Program-made: the position numbers and the translations under genes
Assembly: GCA_963667665.2 (NCBI GenBank)
Contig: OY763927.2
Span: 1,632,001-1,696,000 of the forward strand
Direction of reading: 5' to 3'
DNA length: 64,000 nt
Origin: Nitrosopumilus sp.
GTDB lineage: Archaea > Thermoproteota > Nitrososphaeria > Nitrososphaerales > Nitrosopumilaceae
The notes under the pieces: model-generated
What the model was told of the DNA's origin: nothing
What the model saw: only the letters and a program-made list of their open reading frames with translations
Databases searched by the model: none
Shown: positions 8,812-18,479 of the stretch, piece after piece
Layout of the letters: every line of letters begins with the position of its first letter
Numbering within the stretch: position 1 is the stretch's first letter

Positions 8812-11581
8812 TCAAAGAATTTAATCTTCTTTTATCTTGTATACTTTTTACATAAAACAATGATGTTGCAATAATTCCTAATGCAATTAGTGGTGATGCA
8901 ATCTCTGTATATTTTAATTCAAAGTCATTTGTTGTTTGTATTTGGGAAACAATTACAGGAATTTCTGTAATCTTTATTGTTCCAATCTTGTTTGCTTGTT
9001 GCTCTACAAACCATACATTATCATTTCCATCTGATGTCATAAATTGAATGAATGATGTTTCAGTTGGAACTGGAATCTCAATCAAATTGTTATTATCTGG
9101 ATCATAAACTCCAATGTTATCTATTGTATGCTGTGCAAACCAAATGTTTCCATATTTGTCAAATGTCATTCCAAATGGTAATGCATCTTTATTCGGAACT
9201 GAAATTCTTTCAAATGTTTCTAAAACTGGGTCAAATTTGGTTATGGCTAAGCCTGTATGCTCTGCAATCCACAGATTTCCATCATCATCAAAAATCAAGG
9301 CTTCTGGAGCCTGTAATGGTTCACTTGAGATTTGAGTTATTTGATTATCTTTTGGATCAATGAATCCTATTTTACCTGTACCCGTTGTAGAATACCAAAT
9401 CATTCCCTCTTCATCAACTGCTAAAGCAAATGGTAGTGATTGTTTATCTGGCAATACAATTTCTTCAAAAACATCAAGTTCTGGTAAATATTTTAGAATT
9501 CTATCTTTGTTTACAATTGTAATCCAAATGTTTCCATCAAAATCTGCTTGAATGAATATTGGAGTATTTTCTGAGATTACAGGATCTAGTTTAGGAATTG
9601 TTTTTGTTGTAATCTGTTTATTTTCAGGATCAAAGAATCCTATCTGATTTCTAGGAGTATCTGTAAACCAAATTCTTCCTTTGTTATCTTGTGTTAGAAA
9701 TGTTGTAGTAAGTCCATTAAATGAATATGAGGAAAATTCTTGTGTGTCAAGTGAAAATTGCCATAAACGAGGAGCTGATGGATCACTTATCCAAATAGAA
9801 TTTTTTCCATCATATAATGGAAAAAGAGGCTTTGCATCTTCTGGCAATTCATATTCAATAATTTGAGTTTGGATGTTTGTTAGTCTTGGTTTTACTAGTA
9901 AATTCATTATTTTTGATTCATTTGCATTTTCTGTTCTTTGAGCTTCAATTTCTATTTGCCATTCTCCAAAAAATCCAAATGTTAATTCTCCTTGAAATTC
10001 AATTGGATTATCTTCATTTTCTTTGATAATTTCCATTGGAACTTCAATTGCAGAAATATTTTTTGATGGATTTGATACTTTAACTTTAATTTGATTGGAA
10101 TCATACAGTGGTTTGTTATCAAAGTCACTTACTTTAACTAGAATTGTATTTGCTCCACTTGAAAATGGCGAAATTTCAATTTCAAATTTTGTATTTTCAG
10201 TAAATTCTATAGTCTTAAATCCAAAAATAATTTCTTGTGCATCAACTTTTTGTATTTCTCCTGCTGGTAATGTTCCATTTGTTAGTAATGCAACTACACC
10301 TAATAGTATAATTCCTAAAACTGCATCAACTTTGAGTGATCTCTTTAGCTTTTTGTAAACAGTAATTTTTCCTGATTGAAGATTTTTTTCTGCATTCTTT
10401 TGTACTCTAAACTGAAAAAATCCTCCAAATCCAATTAATATTACAGCAATTGCAATTTTTATAATTATTAATTGACCGTAAACTGATTCAGTAATTAGTC
10501 CTACATCACTTTCTAAGAACCACATAAGAGTTGGTCCTGTAATAATCACAATTCCTATTGCAATGATAAATGCGATTGAGAATCTTGGAATTAATACCAG
10601 ACTCATCTTTTCTCGTGTTGATTCTTTTAATTGTGAAAATGTTGGTAGTAATGTGAAAACAAAATAGAATATTCCACCTATCCATATTGCTGCAACCAAA
10701 TTATGTATGTAATCTAAAACAAGTGCTGGTGATTCTCCACTAGCTGCACCGTGTCCAATTAAGCTTGAAGTTCCAATTAATACAAGTGCAGCTATAAGCA
10801 TTGGAATTTGATTTTTCTTTGATAGAACTTTTTTTCTATCTAATCCAAACCAAATTCCTAGTAAAATTACTGTAATACTCATTCTAATTATCCACATGGT
10901 ACCAAAATCAGTCTGAATTGCATCTATAGGAGAAACTTCTAATCTAATACTTTGTACTACAATCATCAAAATATTAGAGACAAAAATTAAAACTAGTCCA
11001 ATTCCTGTAATTGACATGAATTTTCCATGATGGAATGATTCTATTTTGTCTAATTCTTCTCTAATTAGCTGTTTGTTTTGTGTTCCCCAGATGATTAGAG
11101 ATGCAATTACTGCTCCTAAAACTATAGTTTGACCTACAAGTCCAGGAAATCTTGCACCAGCTTCAGGCAAAAATATAATCTCTGATGGTCTTTCTAATTC
11201 TAACATAGAGAGATCAATTACAACATCTCCTACTGCAAACAAAAATGCGTCTGGAACTAGATGTCCGTCAACTTTAGAGAGAACTTTGGTTGATACAGTA
11301 TAAACTCCATCTTCTAGTGGAGGAGTTGTAACAATAAGTGATAACTCTCCTTCATAGTAACTAGTGTCCTTGTTATCGATTTGGTTTCCATTAGTATCAA
11401 ATACTTTAATTTCACTAAAGTCTATATCAATTGGTTCTGAAAAAAATACAATTACTTCTGTAGTACCAGTAAGTGCATTAGATGTTAAACTGGGAATAGT
11501 TTCTTCTGCAAATGGATGAGCTGCTGCAAATGGAATAGATATTGATGATAAAATTAGTAAAACTATCAGAAATTTTTTCAT
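8801..11581 (-). CDS. CopC-CopD copper uptake/resistance fusion with C-terminal Vgb/NHL-like beta-propeller
   Basis: AAA|HP N-terminus and VDGH (CopC); 8-TM CopD (GHGAA, HNLVAAIWIGG); repeated DxxGNIW blades; C-terminal TM. Confidence 0.88.
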   Translation of the reverse strand: MKKFLIVLLILSSISIPFAAAHPFAEETIPSLTSNALTGTTEVIVFFSEPIDIDFSEIKVFDTNGNQIDNKDTSYYEGELSLIVTTPPLEDGVYTVSTKVLSKVDGHLVPDAFLFAVGDVVIDLSMLELERPSEIIFLPEAGARFPGLVGQTIVLGAVIASLIIWGTQNKQLIREELDKIESFHHGKFMSITGIGLVLIFVSNILMIVVQSIRLEVSPIDAIQTDFGTMWIIRMSITVILLGIWFGLDRKKVLSKKNQIPMLIAALVLIGTSSLIGHGAASGESPALVLDYIHNLVAAIWIGGIFYFVFTLLPTFSQLKESTREKMSLVLIPRFSIAFIIAIGIVIITGPTLMWFLESDVGLITESVYGQLIIIKIAIAVILIGFGGFFQFRVQKNAEKNLQSGKITVYKKLKRSLKVDAVLGIILLGVVALLTNGTLPAGEIQKVDAQEIIFGFKTIEFTENTKFEIEISPFSSGANTILVKVSDFDNKPLYDSNQIKVKVSNPSKNISAIEVPMEIIKENEDNPIEFQGELTFGFFGEWQIEIEAQRTENANESKIMNLLVKPRLTNIQTQIIEYELPEDAKPLFPLYDGKNSIWISDPSAPRLWQFSLDTQEFSSYSFNGLTTTFLTQDNKGRIWFTDTPRNQIGFFDPENKQITTKTIPKLDPVISENTPIFIQADFDGNIWITIVNKDRILKYLPELDVFEEIVLPDKQSLPFALAVDEEGMIWYSTTGTGKIGFIDPKDNQITQISSEPLQAPEALIFDDDGNLWIAEHTGLAITKFDPVLETFERISVPNKDALPFGMTFDKYGNIWFAQHTIDNIGVYDPDNNNLIEIPVPTETSFIQFMTSDGNDNVWFVEQQANKIGTIKITEIPVIVSQIQTTNDFELKYTEIASPLIALGIIATSLFYVKSIQDKRRLNSLINS

Positions 11582-11674
11582 TTGATCTTAAAGTCATTAT
11601 TGATAATTTAAACAGTTTTCATATGTTTGAAATTTGCACTAATTCACGTAAAGATAATAATATGTAATTGTCCT

Positions 11675-12451
11675 ATGATAGTCGTGAAGATAGCAATCTT
11701 TGGTTTTATTGCATTATTGTTTTTAATTGGAATGGTTGTACCCTCTTTTGCACATACTACAGTAGAAGTTGGAGAATACAAAATTGAAGTAGGTTGGGGA
11801 ACTGAACCACCTGTTGTGGGAATTAGAAATGACATTGTCTTTAAAATTACTGAATCAGGAGAAAATGAAGGTACATACAAAGGAGTTACTAGTGTCTTCA
11901 AAAATTTGGAGGCTACAGCCATGTATGGTGGTACCACCAAAAAAATTGATATTAATTCTGATCCAAGACCTGGCTATTACTTTTCACCTATAATTCCAAC
12001 TAAAACTGGTAGTTACATTGTGGATCTGAAAGGAGAAATCAGTGGAACTCTTGTTGATGTACAGATTCCTGTTGAAGATATAGAAAGTACGTCTGTCTTG
12101 GATTTTCCTCCTAAAAGCAGTGAAGGACCTGCAGATCTTACTGCTCTAAAAAATGCAATTTCATCATTACAACAAGATGTTTCTAAACTAAAATCTAGCG
12201 AAACTTCTGTTTCTTCTGATGATGCAGCTTACAATCTCGCTTTTTTTTCTTTAACAATAAGTATAGCTGCTATAGTACTTGGACTCATCTTTGCCTTAAC
12301 TTTGAATTCCAAGAGACATCAACAATCCATGGATAAAATGACGAAAGAACATAAGGAATCTATGTATGAAATGTTGAAACAGGTTGAATTTTATAAAATA
12401 CAATTGGATGATTTAAGACGAATTCTTGAAAAAGAAAATAGAAAAGAATAA
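11675..12451 (+). CDS. Secreted, C-terminally anchored hypothetical protein with predicted N-terminal His
   Basis: Signal peptide SFA|HTTVEV, EVGWGTEPP; TM plus coiled-coil tail; start codon uncertain. Confidence 0.75.
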   Translation: MIVVKIAIFGFIALLFLIGMVVPSFAHTTVEVGEYKIEVGWGTEPPVVGIRNDIVFKITESGENEGTYKGVTSVFKNLEATAMYGGTTKKIDINSDPRPGYYFSPIIPTKTGSYIVDLKGEISGTLVDVQIPVEDIESTSVLDFPPKSSEGPADLTALKNAISSLQQDVSKLKSSETSVSSDDAAYNLAFFSLTISIAAIVLGLIFALTLNSKRHQQSMDKMTKEHKESMYEMLKQVEFYKIQLDDLRRILEKENRKE

Positions 12452-12454
12452 TTC

Positions 12455-13444
12455 CTAAAATCTTGGAACTATTCTAGATTTTGCAGTTACTGCTACTATG
12501 CTTATGATTGCAACAACTAGTATCATCATTGCTATTGTACCAAATTCTGGAACAACTTGTGTAGATGCTACTGTACCTGTTGGTCCAGTCCAATCTTGAT
12601 CAGCCCCTGGAGGACCAATACCTAAAGAAACTATTTCGATATCTATTGGACTTTCATCAGATCCAACAGCATCTATCATGTGACTTGCACCAGTCATTTC
12701 CATGGCGTGTGCAGCTTCTTTAAAGATCTCTTCACCATTTTGCATTGCAGTTATTTCATAGTTGACGTGTATTGTGCTAAAGTCAAGATTAACTTGAGTT
12801 CCGCCATCTACAACTGAGTCGGTAATTGTTACCACTAACTCTTCTTCCATGGTTTCTTCCATGGTTTCTTCCATGGTTTCTTCCATGGTTTCTTCCATGG
12901 TTTCTTCCATGGTTTCTTCCATGGTTTCTTCCATGGTTTCTTCCATGGTTTCTTCCATGGTTTCTTCCATGGTTTCTTCCATGGTTTCTTCTTCAGGAGT
13001 TTCTTCCATGGTTTCTTCTTCTGCAGCTTTTGCTTCTTGTACTATGAGCGTTGCTTTCATCCAAACATGCAATATACAGTAGTATGGATATGTACCTGGT
13101 TCAAGTTCTTTATCTAATATCCAAGAGACTCCTGGATTTAGAAAACCAGAATTAAATTTACCATCTGGACTTGGGACATATCCCTCTACGGTTCCTGATG
13201 TGTATGTATGCATTGTAGTTTCATCAGCGTTTGTCATTGTTACAACATCTCCAACATCAACTGTTACAGTACTTGGGGTGTAACAACCTGCTTCAGATTC
13301 CGAACAAGCATCAGGAGTATCTAGATCCGTATCTACTGTAGAGATTGTAACTTCTGAACGATCTGCAAAGGCAGCTGGTGTTGATGAAACCATTACAGCT
13401 GCGATAGCAAATAGTACGAAGAAAGAGCAAACTTTAGTCTTCAT
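12455..13444 (-). CDS. Type-1 blue copper (plastocyanin-like) protein with EETM linker and PEFG-CTERM anchor
   Basis: HTYTSG...YYCILHVWM ligands; VPEFG + TM. Confidence 0.9.
   Translation of the reverse strand: MKTKVCSFFVLFAIAAVMVSSTPAAFADRSEVTISTVDTDLDTPDACSESEAGCYTPSTVTVDVGDVVTMTNADETTMHTYTSGTVEGYVPSPDGKFNSGFLNPGVSWILDKELEPGTYPYYCILHVWMKATLIVQEAKAAEEETMEETPEEETMEETMEETMEETMEETMEETMEETMEETMEETMEETMEETMEETMEEELVVTITDSVVDGGTQVNLDFSTIHVNYEITAMQNGEEIFKEAAHAMEMTGASHMIDAVGSDESPIDIEIVSLGIGPPGADQDWTGPTGTVASTQVVPEFGTIAMMILVVAIISIVAVTAKSRIVPRF
12842..12985. repeat. 12 perfect copies of the 12-bp unit TTCTTCCATGGT (encodes EETM)
   Basis: Counted directly; one further degenerate copy near 13001. Confidence 0.95.
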
Positions 13445-13875
13445 GATCCAAATTACTTGTATGGATACATAAAAACCTCACTAAAATTCTCAAAAAATAG
13501 AACTTAATTTTTTCTAATCTGGTATAATTTTAGAATTCCAAATGCAGGAATTCCAGCATACATTCCAATATTTAGTAGAATTAGAGAGATTCCATATCCT
13601 AACATCTCTTCCTCTGAATTAATGTCAACATAATTCAGTAAAGACAATGATGATAACATTGGAGTTAGTGTTAGTTTCACAACTTCTTTGAATACTGGAG
13701 ATTCTCGTTCCAAATCAGCTATCATTGGTGAAAATGAATAGTATAATTGATTAAATCCTGCCATAAATGAAGTTCCAGATTCTGTTGATAAAATAGTATT
13801 ATCTCTAAGTTCTCTTAATTGTTGTACTTGTGGTGCCATTTCTGAACCAAATGCTGCAGTAGCAATTAGACAACC
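13344..13875. repeat. Direct repeat copy 1 (~532 bp): signal-peptide coding + promoter + CFI-box coding
   Basis: Near-identical to 14315..14846 (offset 971 bp) with only scattered SNPs. Confidence 0.93.
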
Positions 13876-14415
13876 GCCACCTTCTTCCTCCATAGCTTCA
13901 GTCTCTTCCATCATGACTTCCTCTTCAACAACTTCTTCCTCCATTACCTCTTCTTCCACAGTCTCTTCCATTACCTCTTCTTCCACAGTCTCTTCCATTA
14001 CCTCTTCTTCTGCTTCTTGTACTATGATCAAACCTTGCGTCCAAGGATGAATCATACAAAAGTATTTGACTTCACCTACGGTGTCTGGAAACCATTCAAA
14101 GGATTCTCCTGTTTTTAACAGTCCAGGTTCTCCAAATTCACTACCAACTGTTGCAGTATCTGATAAATCTACAAATGATGTGAATGTATGTGATTTAATA
14201 TCAGTATTTGAAAATATTACCTTTCCACCAACATCAACTGTTGCAATACTTGGGGAATAACATCCATCTGCAGTATCCTCACATCCTGAAACACCAGAGC
14301 CTGCTACAGGTTCAATTGTAACTTCTGAATGATCTGCAAAGGCAGCTGGTGTTGATGAAACCATTACAGCTGCGATAGCAAATAGTACGAAGAAAGAGCA
14401 AACTTTAGTCTTCAT
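13504..14415 (-). CDS. Blue copper protein with CFI-box-CTERM domain (chimeric architecture)
   Basis: HTFTS...YFCMIHPWTQG; GGGCLIATAAFGSEMAPQVQQLRELRD C-terminus. Confidence 0.9.
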   Translation of the reverse strand: MKTKVCSFFVLFAIAAVMVSSTPAAFADHSEVTIEPVAGSGVSGCEDTADGCYSPSIATVDVGGKVIFSNTDIKSHTFTSFVDLSDTATVGSEFGEPGLLKTGESFEWFPDTVGEVKYFCMIHPWTQGLIIVQEAEEEVMEETVEEEVMEETVEEEVMEEEVVEEEVMMEETEAMEEEGGGCLIATAAFGSEMAPQVQQLRELRDNTILSTESGTSFMAGFNQLYYSFSPMIADLERESPVFKEVVKLTLTPMLSSLSLLNYVDINSEEEMLGYGISLILLNIGMYAGIPAFGILKLYQIRKN

Positions 14416-14846
14416 GATCCAAATTACTTGTATGGATATATAAAAACCTCACTAGAATTCTCAAAAAATAGAACTTAATTTTTTCTAATCTGGTATAATT
14501 TTAGAATTCCAAATGCAGGAATTCCAGCATACATTCCAATATTTAGTAGAATTAGAGAGATTCCATATCCTAACATCTCTTCTTCTGAATCAATCTCAAC
14601 ATAATTCAGTAAAGACAATGATGATAACATTGGAGTTAGTGTTAGTTTCACAACTTCTTTGAATACTGGAGATTCTCGTTCCAAATCAGCTATCATTGGT
14701 GAAAATGAATAGTATAATTGATTAAATCCTGCCATAAATGAAGTTCCAGATTCTGTTGATAAAATAGTATTATCTCTAAGTTCTCTTAATTGTTGTACTT
14801 GTGGTGCCATTTCTGAACCAAATGCTGCAGTAGCAATTAGACAACC
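14315..14846. repeat. Direct repeat copy 2 (~532 bp)
   Basis: Near-identical to 13344..13875. Confidence 0.93.
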
Positions 14847-15281
14847 CCCATTTTCTTCGTTATCAAGTGTTGTAATAGGTTGAGCTTCACCTACTATAAT
14901 ATCAAAAGAAACTGTTTCTGGTGGAATTGGAGTAAATAAAATTCCCTCAACTTCAATATCTGCTGAATACACTCCTTCATCTGAAAATTTAATAGGAATA
15001 TTTCCAAATCCTTCTGATGTATGTACAAATGGTTCGGGAGTAGTAAATATTATTTCTCCACTTTCATTTGAAATTTTAAGTGTATAATCAATATGTACTT
15101 GAGTCTTTTTTAATACAGGATTGATAAATTCTATTAATACTTTATTTAATTCACCCGGAATAATTTCATCATAAGATATTTTCACATCTAATGCTCCTGC
15201 ATCTGTTGGTAAAGTTTGAGATTCAGCATATGCTGGAATTATTAAAAGTGGAATGAATAACAATGCAAATAGTAATTTCAT
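14475..15281 (-). CDS. Secreted CFI-box-CTERM domain protein
   Basis: Signal peptide, Ig-like beta domain, GGCLIATAAFGS C-terminus. Confidence 0.87.
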   Translation of the reverse strand: MKLLFALLFIPLLIIPAYAESQTLPTDAGALDVKISYDEIIPGELNKVLIEFINPVLKKTQVHIDYTLKISNESGEIIFTTPEPFVHTSEGFGNIPIKFSDEGVYSADIEVEGILFTPIPPETVSFDIIVGEAQPITTLDNEENGGCLIATAAFGSEMAPQVQQLRELRDNTILSTESGTSFMAGFNQLYYSFSPMIADLERESPVFKEVVKLTLTPMLSSLSLLNYVEIDSEEEMLGYGISLILLNIGMYAGIPAFGILKLYQIRKN

Positions 15282-15390
15282 AATTTTTGTTTTAGTATGA
15301 TAAATAAAAATTCTCCTTTATTTTTCTAAAAAGAATTATCACGCATAGAAATTCTGTGCCAGCTTTAAATATGGATTTAACATAATTTTT

Positions 15391-17112
15391 TTGTTGTATA
15401 GCAAGTTTGTACTATTCATAATAATTATTGGCATTTTTACAGTTTCTGTTATTCTTCCAGATGCATTTGGACATGGACTTGGAGGAGATCAAGCACCGGC
15501 TGTAACATTTGATGATATGGAAGTAACTGTACGTACACAATTGAGTCCATCTGATATTACAGTAGGTAATGTCGATTTTGCTAATATGCAAATACGTTTC
15601 TTTGATACACTAACTGATCTTAATCTTGAAAAAGTAACATACAGAGTAGAACTATGGCAAAGTGGAGAACTTTTAGCAAGAAATTTGTTTTATGACCCAG
15701 ACGGACGATTAGACGTTAAAATTAAACCAATATTTGGATGTGATGAAATTGATCTCAAGGACTGTACAATTTATTATGGTTCTGAACATGTTAGTGCTCC
15801 TGGTGCACTATTTGTACAAGGACAAGCGTGTACTGATGATAATTTAGAAATTTGTGGACGAGCAACTATTCAAGGTCCAATATTTGTAAAAGGCGGCTTG
15901 TACAAAATTACCATTGACATTGAAGCAGCTAATAGTCCAAGAACAGTACTTGCTGAAAGACTAAGTTATGATACTTTTATTAGCATTGCACAAGAACAAG
16001 ACTTTTTTTTCCAGACTGCAAACGCTGAAGAAATTCCAGTTGTAATAAAAACATACTATGATGATGTTGATAATTTCAAATTTGATCAATCAGATAATTC
16101 AATTTCATTTGATATGCCATTTGATTGGAGTCCAGAATATGTTGATTTGGTACAAGTGGTACATGAAGAAGTTAGAGTTCCAAAATCATTTGCACCTTAT
16201 GCAGAAGGAAAACAATTCAAAGGATATGTTAATGGTATAGAAATTGATCAAAGGGCATTACTTAATGATCCTTATTCCTATGATGATACCAACATTGTTC
16301 ATTTCCTAATTACAAAAAATGAATTACAAAAAATTAATCAAGCATTGGGGCCAAATAACTATGACAACCCAAAGATGGACTTGAAACTAGTTCCACTTAG
16401 TGAAGTATCAAAAAGTTCAACTGAATTTTATCTTGTAGATACTACAAACTATGAACAAGTACCAACAACTGTGAAAATTTCATGGGATGGAAGTTATGGT
16501 GCAGGTGATGAAGTACCTTTTGAAATTACGTTCTTTGATGAAAACAGAGATCTCATTAAAGACATTAGATATGCAATTTCATTTATTGATGAAAATGATC
16601 AAGAATTAGAAAGATTTGCAGGAGATGATCCTCAAAATCCTGGAATTGTTTCTACAGAAGGAATTGATATTCAATCAATCCGTATACCATCTCAAGGACA
16701 ATACAGAATTGATATTCTAGTTTATGGAACAGGATTAGACTATAACGCAAAGTATGCTGGAATTGGTACCGGAATTGTTGAGATTGGACCTAGCCTTCCT
16801 AAATCTACAACAACTACACCACAAGTACAACCACCTACTGCAATTCCATCATGGATTAAAAATAATGCAGGCTGGTGGGCAGATGGTTCAATTGATGACT
16901 CTTCATTTGTTCAAGGAATTCAATTTTTGATCAAAGAAGATGTTCTAAAGATTCCTCCAACCACACAAGGCTCTAGTTCTGGTTCAAATGAAATTCCATC
17001 ATGGATTAAAAATAATGCAGGCTGGTGGGCAGATGGTTCAATTGATGACTCTTCATTTGTTCAAGGAATTCAATTTTTGATCAAAGAAGGAATCATGAGG
17101 ATTCAATCATAG
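15391..17112 (+). CDS. Secreted thaumarchaeal surface protein with two [12 protein letters not shown] repeats
   Basis: Signal peptide AFG|HGLGGD; FDMPFDWS core; duplicated C-terminal domain. Confidence 0.82.
   Translation: MLYSKFVLFIIIIGIFTVSVILPDAFGHGLGGDQAPAVTFDDMEVTVRTQLSPSDITVGNVDFANMQIRFFDTLTDLNLEKVTYRVELWQSGELLARNLFYDPDGRLDVKIKPIFGCDEIDLKDCTIYYGSEHVSAPGALFVQGQACTDDNLEICGRATIQGPIFVKGGLYKITIDIEAANSPRTVLAERLSYDTFISIAQEQDFFFQTANAEEIPVVIKTYYDDVDNFKFDQSDNSISFDMPFDWSPEYVDLVQVVHEEVRVPKSFAPYAEGKQFKGYVNGIEIDQRALLNDPYSYDDTNIVHFLITKNELQKINQALGPNNYDNPKMDLKLVPLSEVSKSSTEFYLVDTTNYEQVPTTVKISWDGSYGAGDEVPFEITFFDENRDLIKDIRYAISFIDENDQELERFAGDDPQNPGIVSTEGIDIQSIRIPSQGQYRIDILVYGTGLDYNAKYAGIGTGIVEIGPSLPKSTTTTPQVQPPTAIPSWIKNNAGWWADGSIDDSSFVQGIQFLIKEDVLKIPPTTQGSSSGSNEIPSWIKNNAGWWADGSIDDSSFVQGIQFLIKEGIMRIQS
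16842..17089. repeat. Two identical 98-bp copies (16842..16939, 16992..17089) encoding [32 protein letters not shown]
   Basis: Direct comparison, offset 150 bp. Confidence 0.92.
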
Positions 17113-17145
17113 GTTTTTAAATCAATTTTGTAGAGTGTTAGTATA

Positions 17146-17352
17146 ATGAAAGACATCAATGATATCATGCCAAAAGTTCCAAACATGAGATGGGGTGCAC
17201 TAATGAACAAAGCACCAACTAATGACAAAGTTACTGAAATGAATAAAATTTTTCCAAGTAATGGAAAATGGCATACTGTCTTTGAAGAAAAAGATCAAAT
17301 TACAATTGATGGAAAGCAAATCAACAAAAAAGATCCTAACAAGTGGACATAG
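17146..17352 (+). CDS. Small hypothetical protein
   Basis: 68-aa ORF with normal codon usage, TTTTAAA box ~27 nt upstream. Confidence 0.7.
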   Translation: MKDINDIMPKVPNMRWGALMNKAPTNDKVTEMNKIFPSNGKWHTVFEEKDQITIDGKQINKKDPNKWT

Positions 17353-17397
17353 CTTGAATAATGTTATTATACGATTTTCATCGAATCTAAACATCTA

Positions 17398-18174
17398 ATG
17401 TTTCCATTACGTGATGAAAATCCACATCCTCCAGGTTTCAAACCAAAAGTAACTATAGCGTTAATTATTGCCAATGCGATTGTATTTTTTATTGAAGTAG
17501 CAATCACTGGACAGTTTTTTGATTTTTCAAACCAAAATGCATTTGCAATGTTTTATGATTGGGGTGCAGTTCCAAATTGTGTAACTGGTGCAAATTTTTC
17601 TGCAATTGACTTTGGTGCAGGACCTGTTAGAATTTCATGCCCTAGTACTCCATACATTTCTTTGATTAGTTCTACATTCATGCATGGTGGTTTGCTTCAC
17701 TTTGCTGGTAACATGTGGTTCTTGTGGATCTTTGGTGATAACATTGAACAAAAGTTTGGAAAAGCAAAATTTCTTGGAATTTATCTAATGTGGGGAGTAA
17801 CTTCAGGATTAATTCACATCTTTGGTGATCCAAGCAGTGTTATTCCTGCAGTTGGTGCATCTGGCGCAATTTCTGGAGTATTAGGAGCATATCTTGTAAT
17901 TTTCCCAAAAGCAAGAATTCAAACTTTCTTGATGATGGGATTCTTTTGGAGAATGATGTACATTCAGGCTAGATGGTTTTTACCATTCTGGTTGGTCTTT
18001 CAGAACTTACTTCCATTCTTCATAGGAGGATTTGGTATTGCAGGCGGCGGAGTTGCATATCTTGCACACATTGGTGGATTTGTGATTGGTTTAGCAACTG
18101 GTTACATTTACAAAAAAACACACAGTTCTGATTTTATGTATGGTACAAGATACGGCTACAGACAAGAATATTGA
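17398..18174 (+). CDS. Rhomboid intramembrane serine protease
   Basis: FMHGGLLHFAGNM, VGASGAISG, AHIGGF. Confidence 0.95.
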   Translation: MFPLRDENPHPPGFKPKVTIALIIANAIVFFIEVAITGQFFDFSNQNAFAMFYDWGAVPNCVTGANFSAIDFGAGPVRISCPSTPYISLISSTFMHGGLLHFAGNMWFLWIFGDNIEQKFGKAKFLGIYLMWGVTSGLIHIFGDPSSVIPAVGASGAISGVLGAYLVIFPKARIQTFLMMGFFWRMMYIQARWFLPFWLVFQNLLPFFIGGFGIAGGGVAYLAHIGGFVIGLATGYIYKKTHSSDFMYGTRYGYRQEY

Positions 18175-18207
18175 AAACATAAATCGCTGAATCTATTTGA
18201 AATCATC

Positions 18208-18384
18208 ATGCCATTGATTACAGTATCAATGTATCCTGGTAGAACACAGGAACAAAAAGATGAATATGCAAAAGCAATCACAAAATCAGCAGTAGAGATT
18301 CTCAAAACAAAAGAAACTCATGTAATTGTTGTTTTTGAAGACAATCCTAAAGAAAATTGGTTTTCAGCAGGAAAGCGTTTGTGA
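18208..18384 (+). CDS. 4-oxalocrotonate tautomerase family protein (58 aa)
   Basis: Read by hand: MPLITVSMYPGRTQEQKDEYAKAITKSAVEILKTKETHVIVVFEDNPKENWFSAGKRL; catalytic Pro1, GR motif, W..GK end. Confidence 0.9.
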   Translation: MPLITVSMYPGRTQEQKDEYAKAITKSAVEILKTKETHVIVVFEDNPKENWFSAGKRL

Positions 18385-18451
18385 ATGTCTAGTATATAGT
18401 ACAAGATGATCACCTTGTACGATACAAATCTAGATTTTTTATTATTTTAAC

Positions 18452-18479
18452 AAAAAAGATTGGGCCAAATTGCCCAATC
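18452..18479 (-). terminator. GC-rich hairpin GATTGGGC/GCCCAATC followed by U6 on the minus strand
   Basis: 8-bp perfect stem, 6-nt loop, adjacent T-run. Confidence 0.5.

Noticed and set aside
12842-12985. Possible CRISPR array
   Set aside because: Head-to-tail identical 12-mers with no spacers, in frame within a gene; no cas genes in the window
12826-13082. Plus-strand ORFs with PWFL and MVSS repeats
   Set aside because: Antisense shadows of the stop-free 12-bp repeat in the minus-strand cupredoxin gene
13344-14846. Diversity-generating retroelement template/variable repeat pair
   Set aside because: Differences are few and not adenine-specific, the repeat includes promoter DNA, and no reverse transcriptase is present
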